Below are positions 12,129 through 25,605 of a DNA stretch of 64,000 nucleotides, piece after piece. Every line of letters begins with the position of its first letter. Position 1 is the first letter of the stretch. A program made the translations under genes and the position numbers. A model generated the notes under the pieces. The model did not search any database and had not been told where the DNA came from. It saw nothing but the letters and a program-made list of their open reading frames with translations. Source of the stretch: Chlorokybus atmophyticus. Taxonomy: Eukaryota; Plantae; Mesostigma and Chlorokybus algae. The DNA is taken from the NCBI GenBank assembly GCA_009103225.1, contig RHPI01000017.1:62001-126000 (forward strand), written 5' to 3'.

Positions 12129-14472
12129 TTGCACAGTATAACCGAGTTGCATGTGCGCAGATGTAGCACATATGTCGAAGTTGTTGCTATTAGCGACATT
12201 GATGAGGATGATTGCATACAAGATGAGTGGGATCCTGCAATGCCAGCATTGGCAATAGACCCTTTGTCCCCACCAGAGGCATACATTGACGTCATTCCGC
12301 AAGTGAAACGCACTGTTGAAGTCATACCTGCTGAACAACAATGCAGCGACATTCGCTCCGTATATGCGGAGCTGTCACAGGTGACAAATGGTTTGGAAGA
12401 ATGTCCCACCTCAGCAATGCAATGGGCAGAGCAACTACGCGCAGACACTTTGGATGCGGACAACTTTGTGGCAGCTTCTTTGCAGCAGCGGATAACCGCT
12501 TGGGCCACCTGGTTGCAACTGACTATGCAAGGCAAGAAGAGCTTTGTGCTGGATTGGTTGCGTGACGGGTATCGCTTACAATGGGTAGGCACTCAAGCAT
12601 CTGATACACGCAAGTGGGACAAAGTGCAAGCACTATTAAAGGCCGAAGGCTTTGGAGATAATGATATTACAGCCATGCTGTCACGCAATTCTCCAACACT
12701 AGTTGTGTTTCGAAATCGCAAGTCCGCTTCCATACATGGCAGTTATGTTGTCAGTGAATTGGCCAACTTGGTGAAAACAGGAGCAATTTCTGTTGTTGAT
12801 GCAGTGATGTGGCAGTAGTCACTGGCATAGGCGTGGTGGAACAAGAAAAGCGTTTGAGGCTCATTATGGATCTGAGATACATCAACCTCTTTTTGCGCCA
12901 CATTCCCTTCAGCTATGAGCGGTTGCGCGATGTGTTGTTATACACCAAGCGTCATTTCTGGCAAGTTACCGCAGATCTCAAGTCAGGCTATCATCATGTG
13001 CCCATTCACAAAGACAGTAAGCCTTACTTCCTCTGCGCTTTGCTGGGGTCACCTACAGGTGGAATGTGCTGCCGTTTGGCCTGAATCAAGCCTGCTGGCT
13101 GTTTACAACCTTGATGTCGACTGTGTTCACGCCTTTGCGGGCAATGGGTTTTCCCTGCCTTGCTTATATTGACGACATGCACTTCAGCCATTCCAATCGT
13201 TGGCATTTGTGTTGGCGCATTCGCCGCGTGCTGCGTCTTTTGAAGTTGCTTGGGATATTTGTCTCTGTGAAGAAAAGCCAATTGTGGCCAGAGCAAGTTG
13301 TGCAGTTGTTGGGTCTGCTGGTGGACACGATCACTGGCTCTTTTGTCATACCCGCCAACAAGCTGGCTAAGATATTGCAGTTAATGAAGGACATCGCGCA
13401 CGCGCCTGTACTGACCAAGCGTCACTTGGCACGCATTGCTGGCAAACTCATTGCGTTGAAGCTCGCATTTGCACATGCAAGCATTTATGCTCGCCACCTG
13501 ATGGGTCTGGCATTGGCCACAGATGCATGGGATGACAGCATCGGTGATTTGAGCGCCTTCAAACACTTTTGTGATTGGACGGCTGCGGGCTTGCAGACCT
13601 ACAATGGCAATGCTTGGTGGAAGCCCCCTGTGCAGCTTGAGCTACATGTGGATGCATCCGGTACAATTGGTTGGGGGGCGACAGGACCTTGGCCTCGCAT
13701 GGCAGGCAACTTCAAGCCTGAGCATATGACACTGCCTTCAGCAGTTAAGGAGGCACTAGCCTATGTGCAAGCATTTACAGAGGTTGCGCGCGCGTTTCAT
13801 CTCCAGCACTGTACAGTGCGCATTATTGGCGATTGTCAACCAGCTATACAGCTGTTGAACAAGCTGTCTGCATCAGACCCTCAAGTGCTGCAGGCCTTAC
13901 ATCAATTGTGGTCCTTGTGCTGGGAGCGTGACATAGCGCTGACATGTGTGTGGCGCTCTCGCGATGCACTGCGCAATGCGGACGCATTGTCCAAGTTTGT
14001 GGATAGAGGGGACTGGTGTCTAACAGCAGATGCAACTGCGCATGTGCAGCAACATGTTGGACAACCGGCGTTGAATTGTTTTGCAGCCGATTGGAACAGC
14101 AAAACACCCGCTTATTTCAGCTACATACACATGCCTGGAAGTTTGGGAAATGCTCTAACTACAAATTGGCGTGACGTTCTTCAACGCTTGGGTGGCGGCT
14201 TTGTTTGGTGTCACCCGCCATTGGCTCTCCTGCATGAAGCCATAGCATTATTGCAGTACTATCAGCTACCAGCTGTGGTGTTGGTGCCTGAATGGCACTC
14301 TGCTGTGTGGTGGCCAGTATTTCACAATTGGCAATTCAGTTATAATGAGAGGTTGGGCTCAAGACCTGAGTGGTTTCAAAGGGGTGCGCGAGTACCCGCA
14401 AACAGCATCAACCCTGGACGCTACCCATACATTTGTGCTTTTGTGCACTGGGTAAGCGCACCTCTCATGTAG
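12129..14472 (+). pseudogene. pol: DIRS-type pol: reverse transcriptase + RNase H + Dam-like methyltransferase remnant (frameshifted)
   Basis: RT 'LRLIMDLRYIN..ADLKSGYHHV..LPFGL..YIDD'; RNase H 'LHVDASG..EALA..IIGDCQ..NADALS'; MT-like 'CFAADWNSK..NALTTNW..VWCHPP'. Frame breaks at ~12810 and ~13070. Confidence 0.9.
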
Positions 14473-15617
14473 ATAACGATGCATGATAACAGGACTTCTC
14501 CATGTGCCTTGAGCTTGTATTTCTTCCAGGGTGACACCGGCATGAAAGGCACTCTGTGCAGCACCACGCCAAAAGGAATGCAACCCCAGGTGCGGCCTAT
14601 AAATGCCACATGCCTTGCAGCAACGCACGAAGGCATGATAAGCACAATTGCCTGACATGCAGTGTTCTTCCCACTTCAACCTATTCTTTGCAACAGGTCG
14701 GAATAAAGGACCAGCAGTGATGGCAAAGGAGCTGTTGCGACAATAGGTCAGATAGGCGTAGAGCACTTCAGAGAACTCCACAGGGAGACCACTGCTGCGC
14801 ACTTGTATAGTAGGTGCACCTCCCGTGCTGTAATTTTTCAGATGTGTTAAAGTGGCCGCTAGCCCTGAGCTTGAATCAGCCGCTTGTATCTCGTGATTTG
14901 TAAGCGCGCACCTTCACCACCCCGTTGCCATGTGCACCACAGGTATATGCATAATGTGTAGTCGCGCCAGAGCACAGCCTTGTCATGTGTGACAGTAAAT
15001 GGCTGAGGTATGGTAGACAGCTGTTGCTGGAAGTGGTAGATCAGCGTGCGCATGTCATCCATCGCCAGTGGTACAGCAGCAATAAGTTGCACGCCTTGCC
15101 GAGCAGCAATCTTCGCATACCCTTGGCGAAACTCGCGCACGTCTATGGACAGAAGCGGGTTGCCCACAGACCTGTCGCTGTCCCAAGGGCTGATGCGTCC
15201 CAGCAATCTGAAGGAGCATGTGAGATGGGAAATGACATTGTCCAGTGTCGTGCTAGCGATCATGCGATGGCCATGGCGGTCAAGCCTGCGAGCTTTGCCA
15301 ATGTGTGTGTCGGTCCAGTGCTCAGCAAGGTAGCTTGTGACAACTGCTTGGGAGACGTTGGCAACAGCAATACTCAGCTCAGGATGTTCAAGATAGTTGA
15401 CAAACTCTTGCCACACGCGATTACGTAGATTGCGAGTCTCATTGCAGACAGCTTCACGGCTGATGCGCTCCACATCTATCAGCGCTGCCGCAGCTCGCTC
15501 ACGCAGATTACAACTGCTTATTGGTTGAGGACGAATTGCTGCGCGTGCGGTGCGTTGCACATCAGCGGTTTGCTGCAACCGCTGTGCAAAATCCATCTGC
15601 GGACACAGACAAACCAT
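14359..15617 (-). pseudogene. Tyrosine recombinase of the retroelement (antisense to pol)
   Basis: N-terminal helical domain, then 'WQRGGE' (R), 'THLKN' (K, after a frameshift at ~14870), 'LGLHSFWRG' (HxxR with R>W, CGG>TGG), 'GTW' and 'HRYL' (Y). Its 3' end overlaps the pol 3' end convergently. Confidence 0.88.
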
Positions 15618-18600
15618 TACTCAACTACTAAACACAATGACCTGGACTATAACTTTGGCAAGAAACTATACCAAGCTCTACACCTATAACCCTTACCTAC
15701 TAATATATGCTTGAGAGGGTGCGGTAGAATTTTTGATGCATCTACAGTCGTTCATCGTGTAAACCACAACTATAACGATGAAATGCGTTGCATCGTAGGG
15801 CTTAGGTGTTCTTGCCAAAGTTGGACTGTAGGTAGGATTGTTGTTTGTGACAAAAGGAATGTAAATCGCTCATCGTGTGCAAAGTAGTATAATGGTCATT
15901 ACTCGTTGAGGCTGACTATTGGTCAGCTAGATTGAAATAACAAACTGTTAACCATTTAATTAATACTAGTTGTTAGCGCTAGGGTTAGTTGACACACACA
16001 CGTGTCAACTTACTGTTCAGTCGCGGCCGTCACCTCAGCGGCGTCGCTGGCGGCGGCGCTGACGGCCGAGAGTTCGCCCTTTCCGCCCCACCCTGTTGCG
16101 CCACTGCGCCAGACACATGCGCCCAGTCTCAATTGCGCTGGCCAGTGCATTCGCAATTGTTGATCAAGCTGAGCTGATTGTGAATCCGAATGCGTTCATG
16201 ACATGTAACGAGGATCCAGACATGCGAACAGCGTATTTATCACCGTACGTTCGTGTCGTTACATCCACGGTGATACGCGTCATTATCAACCACCGTCAGT
16301 ACGTCCCGAATGTTTGATGCATCTACAGTCGTTCTTCATGTAAACCACAACTATAACGATGAATGCGTTGCATCGTAGGGCTTAGGTGTTCTTGCCAAAG
16401 TTGGACTGTAGGTAGGATTGTTGTTTGTGACAAAAGGAATGTAAATCGCTCATCGTGTGCAAAGTAGTATAATGGTCATTACTCGTTGAGGCTGACTATT
16501 GGTCAGCTAGATTGAAATAACAAACTGTTAACCATTTAATTAATACTAGTTGTTAGCGCTAGGGTTAGTTGACACACACACGTGTCAACTTACTGTTCAG
16601 TCGCGGCCGTCACCTCAGCGGCGTCGCTGGCGGCGGCGCTGACGGCCGAGAGTTCGCCCTTTCCGCCCCACCCTGTTGCGCCACTGCGCCAGACACATGC
16701 GCCCAGTCTCAATTGCGCTGGCCAGTGCATTCGCAATTGTTGATCAAGCTGAGCTGATTGTGAATCCGAATGCGTTCATGACATGTAANNNNNNNNNNNN
16801 NNNNNNNNNNNNNNNNNNNNNNNNNNNNNNNNNNNNNNNNNNNNNNNNNNNNNNNNNNNNNNNNNNNNNNNNNNNNNNNNNNNNNNNNNNNNNNNNNNNN
16901 NNNNNNNNNNNNNNNNNNNNNNNNNNNNNNNNNNNNNNNNNNNNNNNNNNNNNNNNNNNNNNNNNNNNNNNNNNNNNNNNNNNNNNNNNNNNNNNNNNNN
17001 NNNNNNNNNNNNNNNNNNNNNNNNNNNNNNNNNNNNNNNNNNNNNNNNNNNNNNNNNNNNNNNNNNNNNNNNNNNNNNNNNNNNNNNNNNNNNNNNNNNN
17101 NNNNNNNNNNNNNNNNNNNNNNNNNNNNNNNNNNNNNNNNNNNNNNNNNNNNNNNNNNNNNNNNNNNNNNNNNNNNNNNNNNNNNNNNNNNNNNNNNNNN
17201 NNNNNNNNNNNNNNNNNNNNNNNNNNNNNNNNNNNNNNNNNNNNNNNNNNNNNNNNNNNNNNNNNNNNNNNNNNNNNNNNNNNNNNNNNNNNNNNNNNNN
17301 NNNNNNNNNNNNNNNNNNNNNNNNNNNNNNNNNNNNNNNNNNNNNNNNNNNNNNNNNNNNNNNNNNNNNNNNNNNNNNNNNNNNNNNNNNNNNNNNNNNN
17401 NNNNNNNNNNNNNNNNNNNNNNNNNNNNNNNNNNNNNNNNNNNNNNNNNNNNNNNNNNNNNNNNNNNNNNNNNNNNNNNNNNNNNNNNNNNNNNNNNNNN
17501 NNNNNNNNNNNNNNNNNNNNNNNNNNNNNNNNNNNNNNNNNNNNNNNNNNNNNNNNNNNNNNNNNNNNNNNNNNNNNNNNNNNNNNNNNNNNNNNNNNNN
17601 NNNNNNNNNNNNNNNNNCACCCACCCACCATTGATAGATCTGGGCTTCCAGAGATCCGTTTATCATAAGCTCAAGCACCAGCAGGAATTGGTTGCTCTCG
17701 TAGCAGTACTCAAGCACCCAAACCAGGTGCTGGTGGCGAACCCTCGCCAGCATCGCCAGCTCCGCCGCAAACTCCTTCCGGCCAATCGCACCCGACCAGG
17801 ACTCCTGCAGCCTCATCACCGCCACCCAGCTATCGTCACGCAGCTGCGCACTGATACCATGCAATCACGATGGAGGTGGAGGGGTTGAGTTGCTTCACAT
17901 TACGGGCAAGTCCAGGCAGAAGATGACTTCGAGCATGGTAGCTTGTTAGTGGATGGTCATACCTGTACACAGTGCCCAGGCCACCGCTACCAATGCGCCG
18001 GTCGGCGCTGAACCATTTGGTGGCTTCAGTGAGTTCTTGCAGAGTGTACACCACAGCAGTTACATTTTCTTCCAGATCGTAGGGACCACTTGGTTTGGAT
18101 GCTGATTGCCCTGCATGCACAGTGTCAAACACTGCCGTCGTCATGCCATAGAGCGTTGTTCCTATGTTGATACATGGCTTATTCTGCTACATAGCTGACA
18201 GATCCCAACTGCAAGACATCAATAGCACGTGCTAGAACATGTAGGCTTGGTCGAATTGGTTACAAAAGGCAATCCGTGTTTTCTTTTGTGCCACAACACT
18301 GCAGCCGAACAGACAATGACTAACCATTGCTGCCCAAGGAGTATTCTCGCGAGCTGTTAGTGATGATGCTGACGCTTGGAGGCATCTCCTCCCGGAACAC
18401 CTCAGCGGCATCCTTGCCATTGCTGCGCTTGCGCCTCCTGAGCCAACAGCCCGCCAGGATGCAAGCAAGGACAATGGCAACTAGAACAACAACCGCCGCT
18501 GCTATCAACCCACTATGGCTGCTGTTCTTAGCAATCATGGGCACTGATTGAGGTGGAGGAGGGTGAGCAGGAGGAGGAGAAGGTGCCTGCGCAGGAGGAG

Positions 18601-20149
18601 GCGCTGAAGGAAGTGGCACTGGCAATTGCGCATGTTTGAGCATCAATGAAAGATCGTGAAACTGCGTGTGTGTGTACCACATATACATGCAGCATCACAC
18701 AAACAAAATGGCAGCAGACCAGGAACCAGCCTTTTGCACTGCTGCGGACGCACGCACGCACATTCGTGGGTATGCACAGGTTGACAGATTGCTTGATGTG
18801 TACTTGGTTCACTGAGTCTCATGCTTGTCACGGGTGATTTTGACAACAATCAACAAGACCTTTACACGTACATTCGCAGACGGACGGTCTTAACCCCACG
18901 TGCTCCCGTTGGCATCATTCCATGTGCCAGAGACGGTCATCCAGACGCTTTCCTCACGGCAGTAACAGTTGTCCGGCTGCAAGTAGTCCACAACGCTTGA
19001 TCCTGTAACAGTTAATGTTGAAAGGGTGCTGGAGCTTAATCACCAATGTTGATGACAAGAGTGACTCTTGTCTACTACACCGCATATGGCTTGTAACTTG
19101 TGTGCATGGACTCTTGAAGACAAGCCATAGGCGGTGTAGTTAGGGCTGCATCTGTTGACCAGTAGATGATGCTCTTGGTGACTGATCCGACTGTGCCATA
19201 CATCATGCAGGCGATGCTGATCTGTTTGTTTTATAGACAACGTCCCCTCTCAGCGCTTCTCACCGCTTGAGCGGACGGCATCAAAGTTGGAGTACGTGAG
19301 GGCGCTGCCGGCAATGTAGCGGAAGTCACAAGTGCAGTCGCACTGGCGAGCCTGGCCGTCCGCAAGATCCCTTCTGGTCTGGTCTGAAATTGCACTGTGT
19401 ATGGTGTATGGTGCAGTGAGAGAGGTCGAGAGAGGCAATAGCAACACACAACTCTTGTCTGCAAAAAGCCTTGCACTGTTACTTGTTGCAGTAGCTTGCG
19501 ACACGCGCGCGCTTGCACAGTATGATGCACGCGTGCGCGCGCAAACACAACTATAGACACATGTACTCGCACACACACTGCATCCTCTTGTGCAACTTGT
19601 TGCAACGTGTTAGCATATCAGGATCATAGTGCAGGCATGTTGCACACGGGCCCAAAGTTGCAGCTACCTGCAAGAAAAGCAGCTGCTGCATTTGCACACA
19701 GCCTCAGTGCCGCAGGGACTGCAGACAGTGCAGGTGAGTTTATACACAAAAGCAGATAGTAACATGCAGTATTCGCAACCTTGTCAGAGTGCCTTGCTGA
19801 GCACACTGACAAGGCAACATCAACATAGCCATGTGGAAATCCACTGTCAGGTCACACAGCATGTCACTTACTCTAATAGTGCTTGGCAACTTCCCACCCG
19901 CCGTACACCAATCCAGACCTCCTAACCCACAGTTCATCTTTATGTGCTTGGACAATGTAGTACATATGCCTCAACATGCACGATGGTTGTGACAGCAAGC
20001 AGCCTCGGCAGTCATGTCTGTATGCGCACAAGATTGCCAGCAAGTGTGGACACAAAGTTGTTGTTCTTCTCCTCGCTGCCCACGCGCGCCAGATGTGCTC
20101 CCTCCTGCTCCTTCGTACAGGCCTGGCCAACAACAACAAGTTGTGCAGC

Positions 20150-20611
<462 letters not shown>

Positions 20612-21149
20612 GTACCATGTCAGCGCCGACCTGTTTGATCTACTGTCTGCAAAAAGTAGTAGCATTTGCTGTTGAATGCTTGCCATTCTTGAGGACAGCT
20701 CTGAGTGCGTGCGATGGGTATACCACTGCATTTCCAACACAGCTTCAGTCACGCAGCCCATGCAGGCTGCATGCTTACAAGCGATAGACTTAGTGGCACA
20801 GAATCAATGCAAGTAGCTGTTGCACGCATCATGCATGCAAAGCTGTACACAACAGCCAGCGACGATTACTACCGATTAGCATGCTACCTACAACACTACA
20901 TAGATGGAATCCAACACCTGCAATCGCCATGACTGCAAGCTTGACTGTCCTTGTCGCACTCTTCCTGTGCGAATCAAGGAGCGGTGAACTTGCTCAAGAT
21001 TTTGCAATGTGCTGCACTGGCATTGAGCGTACGCTTACTGCAGCAACGTGTCAGTTCAGACACTGAGGTGACTGAGACACACTGGTTGTTGTCTTTGCTA
21101 GATTCCGCACAGCTGAAGGCGACTTGCTATGAGAGTATTGCGATGCAGC

Positions 21150-21295
21150 GTGTACTGCACACTGTGTACGGCTTCCAGCCGGCAAGCTTCCCAGCGCTCT
21201 CTCCGAGAAGCTGGCGTTCAGCACGCCAGGCCTTCACCTCCTGCTACAATAGGCCTACTGCCACCCTCCACCGCCTGCTGCTACAACGCACTGAA
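21150..21295 (-). pseudogene. Degenerate F-box exon-1 homolog upstream of RLK copy A
   Basis: GTGCTGAACGCCAGCTTCTCGGAGAGAGCGCTGGGAAGCTTGCCGGCTGGAAG aligns with GAGCTGGACGCCGACTTTCTGGAGTCAGCGCTGGAGCTTGCTGGGTGGAAG of the F-box exon at 5276-5191. Confidence 0.6.
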
Positions 21296-21594
21296 ACCCA
21301 GCGAACCCCAGTGCATTGCCGCCAAAGGATGAGGTTAGAATCATGCCAGTACGTCCGCGTGTATGCGGCACGAAACGCGGCCGCCGACGCGAAGGCTCTA
21401 TAATGCGGCTCCGCAAGCAGCAAACAATCGCCGCCATGTAGACCCCTGTGCGTGCCTCGCACATGCCTCAGTCGCGTTTCGCGTCGCTTGTAGGCCTAGG
21501 TGCACGTGCGTAGTCGCAGTGTCACTTGGCTTGTGTGCAAAACAACTAGGATGGAGGCTGCAAGGTAACAATTTTAACAAGTTACAGCTAAGGG

Positions 21595-22285
21595 ACCCCT
21601 ATCACTAACATTGGGTCGCAACAGGTTTTCGCTATCCTTAATACCATCATTATTACTATTACTACCACTACCACTATCGCTACTGTCACCAATAATATAC
21701 CTATCCTCAGCCCTATCTTATCCTTATTGGTCTGATCATTAAAATCATCATTGTCACTACCACTATCACTACAACTGTCAGTAATGCTATTGTCATCCCT
21801 AGCCTCATCTCGCGCTATCCTTAATAGTATTATCACTATGATTACGCTACCACTACTACCATCACTATGCTATTTATATCCCCAGCCTCATCTCGAGTTG
21901 TTTTTGCTAATATTATTACTACGAATATCACTACCACTATCACAAATACTACATCTGTCACTATTGATATCCCTGTCCCCCTAGCCTTATTTTTATCATT
22001 GGTAAGACTATCACTGCAATTATGACCACCAGTACTATCATCACTACAGCTATTACTATTCATATCCCTACCTTTAGCCCTATTTCGAATGTTACTGACA
22101 CTATCATCACGAATATCGCAATCACTACCGCTATCATCAAAACTGTCACGATTGCTCATTTCTATCCATGGCCTTGTCTTTGGCCTTACTAGTACTATCA
22201 CTATGATCATTACTACCACTATCACAACAGTTGCCACTATGGCTATCCCTATCCCTATCCCTATCCCTATTCTATGATTATCACT
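21595..22285. repeat. Degenerate 3-periodic low-complexity tract (ACT/ATC/ATT/CCT units)
   Basis: About 700 bp built from interchanging trinucleotides such as TATCAC, CACTAC and TATCCC; no convincing protein. Confidence 0.75.
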
Positions 22286-22914
22286 ATTACTATCGCTATG
22301 GACATCAGTTGCCGACTTTTAACTACCGTGCGGAGCGGCAAAAACACGACAAATACTTAGCGGGCGTCGACTGGCGCGGCAGGGCAGCATCATTAAACTG
22401 CCGAGCTGCACAGTGCATCAACAAAGACGGCGACGACTAGATGAGCGAAATAAACGACCACAAAGTTGAATACCTTTCGCCATTAAAAAGCCCATAGAAG
22501 CATGTGTTGTCACTTATAGCAAAGGAAGCCGCTTGCTTGTAAACACGCTGTCGAGTATAATGGTTGTCACCCCATAACATGGTCTTGATCTAGGGCGTTT
22601 TACACAAGCCTTAATTCGAGTATGATGAGTGTCACAGCATGGCCACAACAATGATGCTCAACCCATAATGCCCGATATAAAGCTATTGTTGTTGTGGTTG
22701 CTTTTATTATTGTGGCTGCTATAACTGCAATACCAATTGTATACCAAATACGTCATTATGTGTCATGTAGCAGGTTTTACGGCATTTTCAACCCCGTAAC
22801 ACACCCTATCAAATGGCATCGTCGACCCTATTTTAAAAATATCTTTAAATAGTGTCCAAGACATGTTGCACTTACCCTATGTGATGCGTACGCGTATTAC
22901 CATGTTTCGTTGAA

Positions 22915-23009
<95 letters not shown>

Positions 23010-23037
23010 NAGGGGTTACATTTGGCAAAAAACGGTA

Positions 23038-23086
23038 GTGTGGGCCCCACACTTACCTATTGGATAGGTAAGTGTGGGGCCCACAC
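23038..23086. repeat. Perfect 23-bp inverted repeat (3-nt loop)
   Basis: GTGTGGGCCCCACACTTACCTAT-TGG-ATAGGTAAGTGTGGGGCCCACAC. Confidence 0.95.
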
Positions 23087-25249
23087 CATCGTATTTGCTG
23101 CCGGGCCGGGTGTGTAGCAGAATCAACAAAAGAACAACGACACTTATCAAACATTGTCAACAATCACACCTTATACGGACGGGGAAGGGGGGGGGGGGGG
23201 GNGGGGGGGGGGGGGGGCTTCAACAAGCAGGTTATGCCTCACACACAAGAGTAGAGTAGAACCACTTGGGCGTGATGGCGGCGCCCAACATGCTAATCGC
23301 AACACCCTTATGTACTCCCCCTTCAAGTTGCGACCCTTCGACCTAGCACATCAATGGTAAGACTCCTTACTTGCCGCTGATGCGTCAAGCAACAAGAGGT
23401 TAAATGACCTTCTCTTGAATTCGGAACTATCATATAGCAAGTACCTGTCATGCCTTCAGGGCTCGTGCCATATGAGTTGAGACCCTTTGCCCAAGCATGC
23501 TATGTATCATACAAATACAGCTATGCCGGTGTAACAGTTACACTGGGATTGCCACCGTAAATGTCGAGAATCGTGCATTCACATTCGGAAATGGCAAAAA
23601 TATAATAATACTAGCTCTGCTATTAGCGTGTCGCACAGTCGGGGGGGACAACTCGTGGACGAAGTTATTGTTCGTGAAACGCGCTAATTTGTGCAACGCG
23701 GATTCTTCTCCGTCTTCGCCCGGCCCTTCCCAAGCTTTTGAACCTTACCGCTCAACCCTTTGCACCCACGCCCTCCACCCAAAATCTTTCTCACCAACTC
23801 CTACAACTGGCCCCGCCAAGCCCCAACACCCTCACCCTCACCCCCGCCGCCACCCGCCTTCTCCGCAGCAGCATGTGCACTCTCAAATGTTGCTCTAACC
23901 CGAACTCAGAGCCTGGCTTGACTCAACTTGTGAGTGTATATGCTCCAAGCTGAGCGTTAAGCGCTGCGGCGTTGACAGCAGTGCCAACGCTACCGACAAC
24001 GTCCCCGCCGCCGCCGCATTAACAGGTGCGTGAGGGGAGCCTTGGGAAGGCGCTGCAAGCGGGCTGCCTGAAGCGTGTGCTGGAGCTAGTGAGCGGCAAT
24101 GTTTGTGTGTAGGTGAGCGACAGTAGACGACGCAACATGCATTGCCAGCTGGGGCTTGTGAAGCATGTGCATGCGTGAGTGCGTGCGTGTAGCAAATGGT
24201 TGTTGTAATGGTTTTGAACTGTCTACTGGGTTTTGCCTCTGCTGTCAGTTGAGCGTCGAGGTTACCGCAAGGTCATACTCATGCATGCTTGTGCATACTG
24301 GACGTGCTGTCATTCCACACGCCTACTGCGCTTGTCCAAATATGGTCTCATTGCGCCTTACGCATGAGGCTCACATGGTATGTGTATAACGGCTCAAGGC
24401 GCTTGAGGGTCCAATCATGTGCTTATTGATTGTTCATCATCGGGGTTGTTGTTAACATAATGTTTCTGCCGGGCTGATAGTATTGTGACGTGTTCATGCA
24501 TGACATCGTAAGTGTTCAGCTCAGTCAGCCCGCTGCCAAGGCCATCAATTGATCGCATGCAATGCATGCACTGCCCCTTAACTATTTCGGGTCCTTCTAT
24601 GTTTGTTGTGACGTATGGCTTACCGCTAGCAATCGATACCAATGCCAACACTTGCAAGAACATCGACCTCTTGTCCGGCAGTATGCACATTGGGCGTCGA
24701 CATGGCAAGAAGTTGGGGCTGGCCAGAAAGCACCACAGCATGTCACAACTATGACTTGACAGCGTTCCTTCTTACCTGCAAGCAACTTCCTTACAAACGT
24801 GGCTGAGTGTATAGTAAGTCTTGCTTGCAGCATCATGTCAAACAGTGAGTCACAACTGTTGTAATTAGTTATGTCCCAGAACCAGACTTGCACAGCCTCC
24901 GTGGACTGGACGTGGACTGTGGCATGTTGTGAATGCGCAATTGTTATCTAATTTTAGCCACCGAGAGATGACGCAGCCAAGCAACACAATGGCGGTTGAG
25001 CCTATATTGTAGGTGACAGCAACTATAATAAACCCTCAATATGGAATACCCTCACATTAAGAGCATCTACGATTTAAGAGCAAAAAGGCCTTTGCATTTT
25101 CGTGTATATAGGCAAAACCACCTCCCAATAAGAGTAAGAGCACTCGATATAGGAGCGCTCTTGTCTAATAGGCAACTCTTTTATCAAGAGGGATTTTGCG
25201 CTGAGGGCGCAGGGGGCGCATGAGCAAGCGGAGGCGGCGGAGGAGGGGA

Positions 25250-25605
25250 ACACACTCGCACTCACACACACTCGCTCACATATACGCACACACCCACATG
25301 CACCCATAAACACCCGCACACACATTGACACACAGTCACAATCACACGCACACCATCACAGCACATTAACGCATATTCACGCACACACTCACGCATAGCA
25401 CACACTCGCACACAAGTGCATGCTGCATGACTGATAAGGACTTATGTACACACACGCACTCACACTCACACATGAACACAGTTACCAACAGTGTAGTGTG
25501 TAGTACACGCACGCACATTCTCGTACACTGACACGCACACCATGATAGCACACTAACACACACATGCACACATACATACGCACACACTCACACCCACGCA
25601 CACAT
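25250..25605. repeat. Degenerate CA-rich low-complexity tract
   Basis: Imperfect (CA)n/(CACG)n composition. Confidence 0.85.

Larger units (their letters stand above)
10103..16788 (+). mobile_element. Tyrosine-recombinase (DIRS-order) retrotransposon, PAT/Kangaroo-like, with split direct repeats
   Basis: Repeat A starts at 10104, 15894 and 16474 (GGTCATTACTCGTTGAGG...). Repeat B lies at 15732-15893 and 16313-16473. Interior has gag-like, RT/RNase H/MT-like ORFs on plus and a tyrosine recombinase on minus. The right end runs into an N gap. Confidence 0.9.

Noticed and set aside
16676-17864. Long ORFs made of X residues (also 29386-30372)
   Set aside because: They span N gaps and carry no sequence information.
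24400-24900. Protein-like minus-strand frames (24415-24741, 24597-24893)
   Set aside because: No recognisable motif or splice model; cannot be assigned from sequence alone.
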